A DNA stretch of 59,067 nt, counting the filler, from Bipalium vagum (lineage: Eukaryota): the NCBI GenBank assembly GCA_037834085.1. It is 3 parts of 3 records of this genome, joined end to end, with 100 filler letters (N's around TTAATTAATTAA, not from the genome) between each part and the next. Parts side by side here need not be neighbours in the genome. Positions count along the whole stretch, not along the records: positions 1 to 21,000 come from JBBMKC010241186.1; positions 21,101 to 38,699 come from JBBMKC010059505.1; 1 more part is not named here. One strand, 5' to 3'. The position numbers and the translations under genes are program-made. Shown here piece after piece: positions 12,001 through 23,699 of this stretch. Below the pieces are notes generated by a model. The model was not told the DNA's origin. It ran no database searches and saw nothing but the letters and a program-made list of their open reading frames with translations. Position 1 is the first letter of the stretch. Every line of letters starts with the position of its first letter.

Positions 12001-15000
12001 ATAAAAATATAATAATTACTCTAACCAAATTGTTCATGTGCTGAGCAATCTATCAATATAATGTAACATAGTAATTTAAAATGTAAAATAGTATATTTTT
12101 AAATGTTAGTCTGCATGATTAAATAAGGTTTGGTCAATATCGATATCAAGAATAGTATAATTTTATTCAATTAAAGCACAAAAAAGTTTTCTAAGAGACA
12201 CTTCAAGAGTGAAGTTTGGATAAAATACATTAGTTACAAGTTTGTGTTAAGTAATTAAGTGATTTCATGATTAAATAAGTAATTTATTTTAATTTATCGT
12301 TTTTATGGTGAAAATAATGATAATTTAAGTGAAAAATTAAAAAAAGCGAATATATATTTAACCTTAACCTTGAAATAATTAAAAAAGGAAGTTAAATAAA
12401 CTTTAATTATAACTATAACTATTTATTTATAACTATAACTTTAATTATAATTATATGGCCATTTAGTTAAAAAAATTTGTAACCGAGGTATTTTGTTCAA
12501 ACATACACGTCTTCAAAATCTTAAATAAAAAAATGAAAAAAACTAATTAATAACAAAAAGTAGTACGAAACTAGATCAGATTAAAAATAATCTGATATTC
12601 AAAAAGATATTTTTTATTTTCAGACAAAAATTCGATATTTTCGTCTAATAATTAGTCTAATATACAATTAAAGACTCGATTCAATCTCACATTAAAACAT
12701 GCAGAGTAGGACTGATATTTAAATCATTTTAAAAACTTTAAACCGTGACCAAATAAATAATTTTATTATTTAATTTAAATAATAATACACTGTTTTTGAA
12801 CATAAATTAGAAAACTATAACTATTGAAAATAAAACATGATTAAATTATATCAACAGAAACCATGTTATAACCTTTTGTGGTTTTAGCTAAAATGAAAAT
12901 CAAAATTAAATTGAACGAAAAATATTAGAATTTTTTATTAAAATTGAAAGACTTATCCAATGTTCTAACGATAAAAATTATAGGCATGAAAAGGTTTGAA
13001 GTCCACAAAAGGTTTGTAACCCCACATTAAAATTTAGCTCAAATTTATAATTGCATCATTTTAAATATAATAATACAGAACTTTGGTTCAATACAGGGTT
13101 ATGCAGAAATATATATAAAAATATTCAAAATATATAGAAAAATATTCAGAAATATATAGTGGAAATGTACACTAAATACTAAAGTAAATTGTTGTCTCAC
13201 CAAGGATTTTTATATAAACCGCCTCATGTTGCGTAAAATCACTTAAATCGATATCGTCATGCAGGAGTACTTTGGTAATCAATTCTTATAAATCGTCCCG
13301 ATCTATAATGGTTCGAATAAAGGATGTTTTTTGCGAATTGTAGTTGAGGTGAGTATGATGGCAGAAATCTGTAAGCAATACATCGTTCTGTGAACAACTT
13401 AATAACAACTTTGCGCTGATGGAACCTGCAATTGTCCATCACCAATACACCTCCAGGATTTCTATCGAAATGATTGCACAGCTCTTCACTAATAAAGTCC
13501 ATAAAACTGTCCCCATCGAAAGATCCGTCTGTGATTTCGAAGAATAAAATGCCTGTAAATTTGACTTATAAATAAACAGATGACAAAACAATTAAATTTG
13601 TCATTTTAATAGCAATCATGCAGCTGATATTTTCGGCTGACTAAAATGCGATCAAATTCAAATAGAAACAGTCGAATATTTTTTCTATATATTTTGAATA
13701 ATTTTCTATATATTTCTGCATAAACCTATAATAACTTAGACTCACTTTGGTAAAATAATATATTTTCAATGTTTTTTTTATAACTTTATCTTATTCATCA
13801 TATTTAATAATTTTGGTGGTGTTGCATTTGTTAAATTATATGACATGTAAAATATTACAAAGTATTAAATATATAATGAAGTTTTATAATATTATAATAT
13901 AATTATATAATACTTAAATAATCAATCGCTAAGGTTCTTTATGGTTAATTACAAAGAGATTTTTTTGTTATTACTTATAATCTTTAAAATTATGATTAAA
14001 ATAATTAGTTTACACAACAGTTAGAGCTCCAGAATTTTATTAAATCAATTAAAATTTTTAAGAAAAGATTTAAAATGTCGATATTTCGATTTAAATTATT
14101 GGTACTTATCTTAATTTATGTATTATTATTACATTATTTTGTATTAAATTACATTATTAAATATTTTGTGATAATAATTTAAATTATAATTAAAATTTCC
14201 CATAATACGATAAAAGTTATTATTTCATAATAATGTTAATAATATTTAGTTAATATTAATATGGAAATTAAAATTAGTATATATTTTATTATTTATGATT
14301 ATTAATTAGTGGTACATATATTCTTAAAATTATCTTAAACAAATAATCATAAGATAATAATCATTATATATGCAGAAGTCTCATCAAAAATCTCATAATC
14401 TCACGAAAAAATAATGTAAGAGCCAAATACCTTATACGTAACAGGAAAGTTTGAAATAAAAATAAAATCCATAATATTTAAGAAAAAATTGATAAAGTTT
14501 CATTCAATGTCTCACATGTTACCTTAGCGGGTCTGGTTATTTGTAAATAGAGAATGTTCTCTATAAAATGCTTTTTCCACAAACCAGCCTCCATTGTGTT
14601 GATAGGACCGGAAAAATACCAACCAAGTCGAGCACATTTGGGAGCCCACATTTCGTTGGCCTCCGCTAAATATTTCCAATACCAACAAACCTGAACAGAG
14701 TTAAAAAAAGTTCAAAACGAAAAAAAAATTGAAAATTACTAAATCTTGAATAAATGAGACTGAACAATGAAGGATAAATTTATGTTGATAATGTTTCTCA
14801 AAAATCCCATCCACACATTTTTTTGTATAACATTAAATTTAAAGTTTAACAATTGAAAAATTAAATCAGCAATTCAATATTTTGAGCAACACTGTGTTAA
14901 TAGTTTTAGTTAACTATAAACTAATAAAATAATTCAAAATATATAATCATAATATAAAACCCGAGGAATTTCATATAAGTGAATTTTAAAAGTAACCTGT

Positions 15001-15403
15001 GAAGCCCGACACAAGCTCCTGGGATCCAAAAAAGAAAAGATATATAAGCATATAACTCGTGGTAACATTCTTGTAAAATCAACATGATTTTGTACTGCTT
15101 TTGTACAAAGAATAACTTTGGCATATTCGACCTGATTTCCTGTGCAATTTGTTAGAAGGTCTTCCAAAATTATTTTTCGCTGATTAGTATTCCACATTTC
15201 AAACTAAATAAGATTCACTAAAATTGGTTAATGTCTACAGAGAAAATACCCATTTATTTACAAGAGAACGTCGTTCTTCAAAAACCTAAGACAGTAATTT
15301 TAGAAAAAGAAATAATTTAACTGTATACTTTCAAATTAGCATCCTCGTGGTTTAATGGGGTCCATGTACTTTTTATAACACCTTTTACATATTTTGAAGT
15401 CAT
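9009..15403 (-). CDS. FBXO16: F-box only protein 16-like; 8 exons: 15403-15329, 15285-15250, 15203-14997, 14690-14523, 11240-11041, 10986-10917, 9334-9121, 9070-9009 (343 aa)
   Basis: All introns are GT-AG and phase-consistent. The translation STWTPLNH..VFEERRSLVNKWFEMW...[38 protein letters not shown]...GLWKKHFI...APWRGPDPKPIDIVRNNYIDN matches recalled FBXO16 blocks. The last three exons are supported only by splice signals and phase. Confidence 0.88.
9700..10300 (-). mobile_element. hAT-superfamily transposase C-terminal relic in FBXO16 intron 6
   Basis: LIAFGYTPLTTADFERRFS resembles the hAT dimerization motif 'YAPITSVDVERSFS'. Boundaries are approximate. Confidence 0.55.
13094..13728 (-). 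mobile_element. Internally deleted IS630/Tc1-like element in FBXO16 intron 4
   Basis: ~55-bp TIRs CAGGGTTATGCAGAAATATATA... and (rc) TAGGTTTATGCAGAAATATATA..., each flanked by TA. Internal DDE_3-type relic VLVMDNCRFH...YRFLPSYSPQL. Confidence 0.85.
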
Positions 15404-15424
15404 TTACAAACAATTGAATTTCAG

Positions 15425-15495
15425 GTTACCGTAGCTTTAAATATTTAAACAAACACTCATAAGTAAAATATTATTATTGAAATTTCCATAGATAC
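15425..15495. promoter_or_regulatory. Two imperfect RFX X-box-like motifs just upstream of the FBXO16 ATG
   Basis: GTTACCGTAGCTTT (15425-15438) and ATTTCCATAGATAC (15482-15495) compared with consensus GTNRCC(N0-3)RGYAAC. Both deviate from consensus. Confidence 0.3.
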
Positions 15496-17534
15496 ATAAA
15501 TAAGAAATCTTTTCTGGAAAATAAAAAATTTTGTAAAGGGAATGTTTAATTTTCGTTGATTTTTAAAAATAATTTTGATTCAAAGAGAAACTTAAATAAA
15601 CTTTAAATATTTCTTTTATTAGTTTATAATTTGAAAATTATTTATTACCATTTATTCTGTTTTGTAAAATCATCAAAATAGCAAGTACAGATTACATCGA
15701 TTACCAATTTTAAAAAAGATCAAATAAGTGAGACCTGAATCAAATAGGGATAATAACGTGTTAATATTATACAAATGTAAAGACATTTGTTCCTGTACTT
15801 AATTATAAATATTAATTTTTTTAGTAATGTAAAAGATTTAAAAAATGATGAGTAGATTTATGATGCCACAAAAATGGCATTAGTTTCTAAAGCGATTATA
15901 TCCTAAAGGTAAAATAATTTATTTTAACTATTTTGATTTTGAGGATTGGTTGTGAAAATAACTGATAAACTGTTTAGTTTAAATACAAGATTAAGGCATA
16001 ATATATTCAAAAACACTGTGAGATTTAATGTTGGAATAATTGAGCGAGACTTCCAGTCTCGTAGCTGAGAAGTAAGAATAAAAGTTGTTAGAAAAATCAC
16101 TTGTTAACAGATAAAACTTTAAGAGAATAACTGTGTTACTCATATATTATTACTTTGATTCAACCTGCAAGTGACTAATGGAGTGCTAATGGAGTCAACA
16201 TGTAAATTGAGTTATAAGATTAAAAATGAAAAAGTTTTCAATTTCACATATGAAGTTAAATAAAAAATTACTTTATTTAATGTTTGCTAAAGATTATGTT
16301 TCTTCTTTTCTGAAGACTGAGCTGAGATATTGTTGACGCAACTCTTGCTTAGCTCCCCTGATCTGTATTGAGATTACTGTGGACTTACTCAAAGAACTTG
16401 CTATTTCACTCTCTAACAAAACACAAAAACAAATAGTCTAAAAATATATTAAATAGATGAGGGTCAAACCCTTTTTATTTACAACAAACACTGCAACACT
16501 TGGCAGTCACACAAAACAACAACCTGCTCAGACAGTCTCTCAAACACACTCTAATTAAAAGCTGTGCCAGGGAAAAATCCTGGTCAGCAAATATAAAATT
16601 GTCGAAAACATACTTATATCTTTTGATAATTTTCTTGAGCAAAAATAATAAATTTTCGCTGGCTATTTTTCAGTTCATTTTAGCTTCTCTGATTGGCCAG
16701 TTAAACTGTCAATCATCACGTACTTTATAATTAATTTTTACTAAAACTTACTTTAAATTCTAAAAATTTCTAAAAATTATAATTAAATAGTTTTAGGGTG
16801 ATATGCTACTAACTAAAAATCAGTAATTGTTCCTAAAATAATATTTTTAGCTAATATTTTAAAATTTATTCAATTAATTTGAATTAGTAATTAATAGTTA
16901 AAATACCTAATTAAATATTATTTATTTATTTAAATATTATTTTCGCCAAAATCTGCATTTATAGAAAGTTAAAAGATGGCAGTCGAATCTCAACAATATA
17001 AAACCTAATGATAATAATAATAATAAAAATAAAAATAATAATAGATAATAATTATAATAAAAATAAAAATAATAATAGATAATAATTATAATAATATTCA
17101 TATTTAATATTATATAATTATTTTAGTAATATAAAATTTTAATAACTTATATTTATCCTTTTTGCAAATAAAAAAATAAATGTTTTTTGCATGATAAAAT
17201 AATTTAATTATTCTTATCAGGCGAATACGTTCGGGATGAGCTGAATAATTGAAACCTCAGGCGTTCCATTTGACAATGAAAAAGGAAAGATGAAGACAGT
17301 CACATGAAAAGGGAAAATATCACTTTCCTTACTATATTTCATAGAATTTTATTTAGTCACATTTATTAGTATTATTATTGGACTTGTAATACATGAATTT
17401 AAAAAGGCACGAAATTTGGTTACCTGATATTTTTTGTTTTTTTAAAAAACATTGCTAATCATTATTTAAAAATGTGATTATAAAATTTGAGACTTTTTTG
17501 TTATTTATTCATTCATAGTAATATTAGTAAAGTA

Positions 17535-18250
17535 TTAAGGTGGGCCTTAAGTTTCCAAAATTTGTAAGTAACAAGTTAATTGATTCAAGAGATATGGTGC
17601 TTTGACAAGTTGTTTGTGTGGTACGTAGCCGAATCCTGTTGAAACCAACTATGTCCTCGTTCAAAATCAGTTTGTTGTTTCACAAATTCATGAAAAATGA
17701 TGAGATAGCGTTCACTGCCTCATTATAAAAATAAGATCAATTATTCTGTGATGCAATATTGCAACGCATATGATAATTTTAACCGCATGAAGAGAAGATT
17801 CGATATAAATGTGTGAATTCTTATTAAACCACATTCTTCAATTTTGTCTATTGAGTTCGGTTTTCAATAAGACACTCTAAGAATGAACTTTATTTATCAA
17901 AATACAATCCCTTATGCTCAATTGGCTTCAACCATCTTTTAGCAAACCGCGGAAGACCATTTTGATACCAGTACGTATTCTTAGAATCTCTTTTTAAAAA
18001 TGCCAATCTTATGCAAATTTGTCCATAAGGCTTATGTAGATGCACTGATTCTGCAGATAATTTTCTTATACTTATTAATGAATTGCTTTCCACGACTTTC
18101 CTTAATGTCTCAGAATAAAGTGATCATTGGGTACCAATAAGTTCAATATCATCACTTCGAAATTTTTTGTATTAAGATAAAAGAGTTTTAAAAATGAATA
18201 CATTAACTACTGCAATAGTTCTGTTAAATTTATAAATTAATATATATTTA
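17535..18250 (-). mobile_element. Degenerate mariner relic
   Basis: Terminus TA|TTAAGGTGGGCCTTAAG and minus-strand relic YKKFRSDDIEL...LRKVVESNSLISIRKLSAE (mariner HTH region). The right boundary is unclear. Confidence 0.5.
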
Positions 18251-19539
18251 GATAACTGTTTAAAACAATCACTTCTCAATAGATCTGAAATAAAATTATT
18301 CACACATTTCTAACTAAAATACGAGTTCAAAAATACAAATAGTATCTTTTTTTCCATAAAAATTATGAAGAATTAAAATGTTCAAACTCTGTGATGTAAA
18401 GTTTGTCTCCATTAAAAATTTTTAAGAAATAAGCAAATATTAAATTTAATTACTAAAAAAATATGACATTTTTTTAATCAATTTTTTTACGCATTAGAGA
18501 GAAATATGCATTTTTATTTTGCTCATTACATGGTGAAAAAAATATTCTTATCAGTTTAAGATTATATTTTACAATTATTTTCATAACTTTTATAATGAAA
18601 GAAAACTTATTAATCAAATTATTTATAAACATTTTTTATTAATTAGAATTATAATTATCAGCTGTTTTTTAAAAAAAAATAATGGAGGAAATCTCTAAGT
18701 ACTTATTACAAATAAATTAATAAAATTTTAAAATTAAATTCATTTTTATTAAAATAATAAATTATTCTCCCACGATTCCATTATCATGATTATTTCACCG
18801 TTATTAATAATTGAAAAAAAATATAAACGATATCCATTATTTTTATTTATTTAATTTTTCCCTCAGCTTGAAAGTGGTTTATCAAAGTCATCATTACAAC
18901 TAAATAAAAAACACATAGAAATCCCCTGTAAAATCGATTGCCCAAAATTCATTTCCACACCAAATTGTCTATTATTGTTTAACAAACAGGCAAAATTTAA
19001 TGACAAAAACACACACGAGTAAGAAAAGCAAAAAAAAACATTATATAAAAAAGTCATTGGGATTTACATGGTTTCCATGAAAGAATAAAAAAAAACAGTA
19101 GCTATTACAATACAACCAGCTGACTTGTCTGGTTTGGGCTTAGTTAAATTACATTGAAATTTAGCGACTAGACTATTTTTCACCTATCAGATTTTCGGGG
19201 GATAAGTTCTTTAGTTTCATTTAAAAATATAAACTACTTACAACCGAAGGGAGAGAAAGAAATCACTACTCAATGTCACCATTTCTCATTGCTTCACAAC
19301 AAATGTTCCAAAGGAATGTTTATATCAATGTAAAACTTTACATAATGATGGGAGAGTAAAAATTTTCATTCCTAACATTCTGCGACACAGCCTGGCTAAT
19401 GTATATATATTAAAAGGATGAATATGTTTTTGTTGAAAGAGACAAATTCTATTGGCAAAAAGCCTTGCCTGTATGCTCATTGTTGTTCTAATTGGATAAC
19501 AATCAAATTTTTTTGAAGTTTTAAGAAGATATCCCATTC

Positions 19540-19590
19540 ATCCCAATCAGCTGCTGGTGTGTGCTTCGTTCTAGTTGTGTCGTATAAAGT
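19540..19590 (+). promoter_or_regulatory. Putative complexin core promoter
   Basis: CCAATCAG with an overlapping E-box CAGCTG near 19544-19553 and TATAAA near 19583, about 75 nt upstream of the ATG. Confidence 0.35.
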
Positions 19591-19659
19591 AGACTCTCAC
19601 AAGTGCTGTGGTTTAATTGAAATTAAGAGCTTTGACGATCTAAATTAACTTGATTAAAC

Positions 19660-19920
19660 ATGGCTAGCTTTATTGCTAAGCAGTTAGTGGGAAAACAGCT
19701 GGATTCGGTTAAAGGTTTCCATTTTGTGTGTTGTTGAAAGTTTAGTCTCCGGTTATTGTCAGGCGCTCTTGGTGACAAAGAGGGAGCGTCCAGCGAAGAA
19801 AAAAAAGAAGTCGATCCAGAAGTGGAAGCCGCTTTGAAAGAGGCCGAAGAGAGGCGACTGGAAAAGCATCGAAAAATGGAAGAAGAGCGAGAAACGATAA
19901 GACAAGGCATACGTGATAAG
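19660..19920 (+). CDS. CPLX: Complexin, 5' partial; exons 19660-19714 and 19763-19920, 3' exon(s) not found before the gap
   Basis: Spliced translation MASFIAKQLVGKQLDSVKGALGDKEGASSEEKKEVDPEVEAALKEAEERRLEKHRKMEEERETIRQGIRDK gives the invertebrate complexin N-terminus and SNARE-binding central helix. There is a 48-nt GT-AG intron and a GTTAGT donor after IRDK. The ORF track misses this gene. Confidence 0.93.
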
Positions 19921-21000
19921 GTTAGTATTTAATTAATTTTATTTTTACTTCCTTTTTTCAGATTCAATAACTTCAAACTAATACTATAATAAAAAATCCT
20001 ATTTATCCAGTAAATTGTCTTGAAAGAAAAAATGATGAAAAACGGTCTTTTCTCTTCATAATATCCATGAAGATTCTGGATGTTTTTGATTATTTCGTTC
20101 AGGAAACCTGATAAACATAAAAGTTCTTAAGAATTCTCACAACGAAAATGTTAATTAAATGATACACCTTAATTTATAGATAATTGAATGCAATTCATTA
20201 TATATAATTAATATAATATAATAACCTTCAAGCAAGTGTTAAGTTTTATATTTTTACAAATGAAATATTCGGATGTTCTGATTCAACCACGAAATTCAAT
20301 TATTTCTTTCCATGGAAAATATTCTTGATAAAATTACCACGGGCTCCTTTATTCCATTCATCATTTTAAACTTTTTCCACAAATATTTCATCCGGGATTT
20401 TGAAGAGCAGACAAATAAATCGATTTTCTTCCTTACTACTCACCTTCAAAGTTCACAAAGTAATGGTTTTCGATTTTCAAAGGAAAAAGACCCTTTCTCC
20501 AGTTCAATTATTCCATTATTTCACGATTCATTGAAAAAATCGATTCTGTCATATTTCTTTAAAGATGAAATTAGTTTTATTAACTCAATAATTCATATAG
20601 ATTTAATCTGATATAAATTTCATAAGCCATCGAAGGAGGCATGAAAATTAATGATTTTTTTCGAAAGAAAATTGAGGTTTAGTGAAATAATTACTATTTT
20701 TTTATGATAATAAAACATATTTTGAAAATATAACAATGTTAGAGAATCCTGATTAATTATAGATTTTATGGGTTGTTATTCGCGGGAAAATAATCAAAAA
20801 CTAAAGTTTTCTTTAAAATATATGAAATTAAAAAAAAACTATTTAATTATTTTTTTCCAGCAGAGAAATTTTTTGGTAAATGAAAAGAAAACAAAAATAA
20901 ATAGTAATAATAATGATAATAATAATAAATAATTATAATGATAATAAGATAATAATATTTTAAATAATAATAATAATAATATTAATTATAAAAAAAATAT

Positions 21001-21100
21001 NNNNNNNNNNNNNNNNNNNNNNNNNNNNNNNNNNNNNNNNNNNNTTAATTAATTAANNNNNNNNNNNNNNNNNNNNNNNNNNNNNNNNNNNNNNNNNNNN
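21001..21100. other. Artificial contig spacer
   Basis: N44-TTAATTAATTAA-N44; the 12-mer puts stops in all six frames. Identical to the spacer at 38700-38799. Confidence 0.95.
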
Positions 21101-21400
21101 TGGTAATTGCGATCCCTTTAAAATAATTATTGTATCGGTCCCTTCTGGCGGACCCGGATCCAATTTTGGTAAATCGCACTTTGCAATTACCAAGATTAGA
21201 TCCTGAAAAATATAATTATCATGAACTTTAAAATTAGCTATTATTATTAATTAATTATTAATTTTTATTTTTATTATTTTTTTAATAATAATATTATTAT
21301 TTTACCCTTGACCCTTTTGCGGTCTTTAAGTTAAATTTTAAAAGGTTAAAACATTAAAAGGTTATATGGGATATGCCCTTGGTTAACCCAACAATTACAT
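21101..21400 (-). other. Hairpin cluster (candidate structured RNA or element terminus), truncated by the gap
   Basis: A ~21-bp stem at 21156-21203, a GGTCC/GGACC hairpin at 21137-21154, and further small hairpins at 21310-21324 and about 21359-21387. See findings. Confidence 0.35.
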
Positions 21401-22330
21401 TAGACCTTGATAATGGAAGAGCGTAAAAATTTATCCATTTGCCTCAGGAAATTTATAAGAGATAAACTCTAAAGAAAAATTGAAATTTATCGAATGTTAA
21501 TGAATTACCCAGAATTGGTATTAATTAAATTTAAATTAAATCTTTAGATATTAAATTGTTTTTTTAATTAAAAATTTTTTTAATATTTTTTAAAATTTAT
21601 ACATTAAACTTATAAAAATCACATGAAAATTTTCTCATCATACAAACTAAAAATCTTATAATTAATATAAATGAAATATAAAATATTATTCATTTTTATC
21701 AAACTTTTATTTTAAGATTAAATTAATTTTTTTTTCTTTTATAGATTTAATTTTAAAATATTAACATTAATATTAAAATAAATAAAAAAAATATTTAAAT
21801 ATTAAATACAAAAAATTCAAAACTATTGTTGCTAAAATATTTTAAATTAACATAGTAATCACAGTTATATTTCTTTTTAAATTTTATATATTCTTTTTTC
21901 CTCTATTCTTTACAGCTTTAACATGTTAAACATTTAAAATATTTTAATAATAAAAAATATTTTTAATAAAAAATTTTTCAATTACCATTTTAAATTATTA
22001 GGTTTAAAATTTTGTAAATAAAAAATTTACTTATTTTTGAAATTTAACTAATTTAAGTTACTAAATTTATTTTTTAAAATTTTATTATTTAAACATATTT
22101 GTGTTATAATTTTAAACTTTGACTTATAACTACGGATATTATTTTAAAAAAATATCATTAAATTTTAAGAAAAAATGAAATTAATACCTTTATTTAAAAT
22201 AAACAAAAAATATTGTTTTTTTAATTATTAATATTCTTTATTTTTAACCAACCAGTTTATTGTAAAATCAATTATTAAAAAAACCGCTTTTCATTTATTC
22301 AAAATAAATTACATTAATATATAAGGAAAG

Positions 22331-23377
22331 ATGATGAATTTCGAAAACAACGACAAGCTTAATAGTGAATTATACAATATACCAGAAAATGTAATGTCTT
22401 CCGAAAATTGTAAGATCGAGCAGCCAAAAGATATTGATGAAAAGATTTGTGAAAACAGTTTGTTCAATAAATTTGAAAGTAATGATCATGCAACCGTCAC
22501 TGAAGATCATCAAATGAATAAAAGTGACTCTCACAAATTCAGCAGTTTTGACGAATCCAGTGATGATGATTTTCAAGTTATTACCAAAAAGGAAGAAAAT
22601 ACCCACATAAATCATCATTTTGTAAAATCAAAGCCAAAATTTTTAAAACCTAAAGTATATTCAGCCAAACCCAACATTGATTTAGAACATCCAGGAAATA
22701 TTAATGGAGTTCCAACAGTTGAATTTGATTTATCTTTACTAAAATCAAAACCATGGGAAAACCCCAATGTCAATATTGGTAATTATTTCAATTTTGGATT
22801 TAATGAAAAAACATGGATTAGATATTGTGAAGCTTTAAAAAAATTACCACATAATGATGTCTTGTGTAAATTTGATAGTTACAAAATAATTTGTAATAAT
22901 TTATCTAGATTAAGTGATAAGAAAAAAATAACCAAATCAAATGAAAAAAAAGAATCAAGTTGTAAAAAAAATAAAACTGATAAGAAAAAAGAAACAAATA
23001 ATCAAAACAAGGAAAATTGTAACGATAGTCATTATTCTAGAAATAGACATTATGAAAGAGATATTTCAAAAGAAAAACGATGCAAAAGAGATAAATCTGA
23101 AAAAATATATGACAGAAAATGTTACATAAGTAAATCTAGGAATAGTGATAACAATCAAGATAAAATTAGATCAAACAATAAATATGAATCAAAATACCAA
23201 AAAAGAGATGTTCGAGAATCACCCAAAAGAGACAGAGATAGAAAAGTTTTTGACAAAATGTACGTCGACAAATACAATGATAAAAAGAATGCTGAATATA
23301 GACGAAAAAGAACTCTATCCAGAGAAAAATATTCTAGAGATAGTTATAGGGATAAAAAAATTAAAAAGTACAGATAA
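22331..23377 (+). CDS. FIP1L1: Fip1-motif protein (pre-mRNA 3'-end processing factor FIP1-like), intronless, 348 aa
   Basis: PGNINGVPTVEFDLSLLKSKPWENPNVNIGNYFNFGFNEKTWIRYCE matches the Fip1 motif ([27 protein letters not shown]). Acidic N-terminus with DESSDDDFQVI, an R/D/E/K-rich C-terminus, and AATAAA right after the stop. Confidence 0.85.
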   Translation: MMNFENNDKLNSELYNIPENVMSSENCKIEQPKDIDEKICENSLFNKFESNDHATVTEDHQMNKSDSHKFSSFDESSDDDFQVITKKEENTHINHHFVKSKPKFLKPKVYSAKPNIDLEHPGNINGVPTVEFDLSLLKSKPWENPNVNIGNYFNFGFNEKTWIRYCEALKKLPHNDVLCKFDSYKIICNNLSRLSDKKKITKSNEKKESSCKKNKTDKKKETNNQNKENCNDSHYSRNRHYERDISKEKRCKRDKSEKIYDRKCYISKSRNSDNNQDKIRSNNKYESKYQKRDVRESPKRDRDRKVFDKMYVDKYNDKKNAEYRRKRTLSREKYSRDSYRDKKIKKYR

Positions 23378-23699
23378 AATAAAAATAAATTTGTTTTTTT
23401 TGTTTTTTTTATTAAAAATTTGGTTTTAAAAGGTCAAAAGAGTTTCAATGATATCAATTTTTAAATACGGCATTACAAATTTTTGTTTAATCTTATTTTT
23501 TTATTTAATTATTATTTTTATTTTTTATACTTTGTTATACTGTTTTATAAAAAAATGCGTGTTCTTAAAAATTTAAAAGAAGACTGATAAAAATTTTAAA
23601 AATTTTCATTGTTTGTATAAATTTGGTACATTTTTTGTTCCGCGTTTTTTTAATTAAAAAATTTTTTTTGTGAAAATTTTTTATCAGTTTGCGTAAGAT

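Noticed and set aside
19623-19910. 95-aa minus-strand ORF
   Set aside because: It is the antisense shadow of the complexin exons.
21045-21056. TTAATTAATTAA as a piggyBac target site or biological palindrome
   Set aside because: It is centred in symmetric N runs twice, so it is a pipeline linker.
21380-21395. Telomerase RNA template (TAACCCAAC)
   Set aside because: It does not match CTAACCCTAAC and lies on the strand opposite the one favoured by the G-U pairs.
1087-23377. Functional clustering of PP1 and Fip1, both linked to 3'-end processing
   Set aside because: They lie on different contigs separated by an artificial spacer, and eukaryotic co-location alone is weak evidence.
22370-23429. 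Overlapping ORFs 22370-22618, 22941-23129 and 23145-23429
   Set aside because: They are alternative-frame or antisense artefacts of the A-rich Fip1 CDS.
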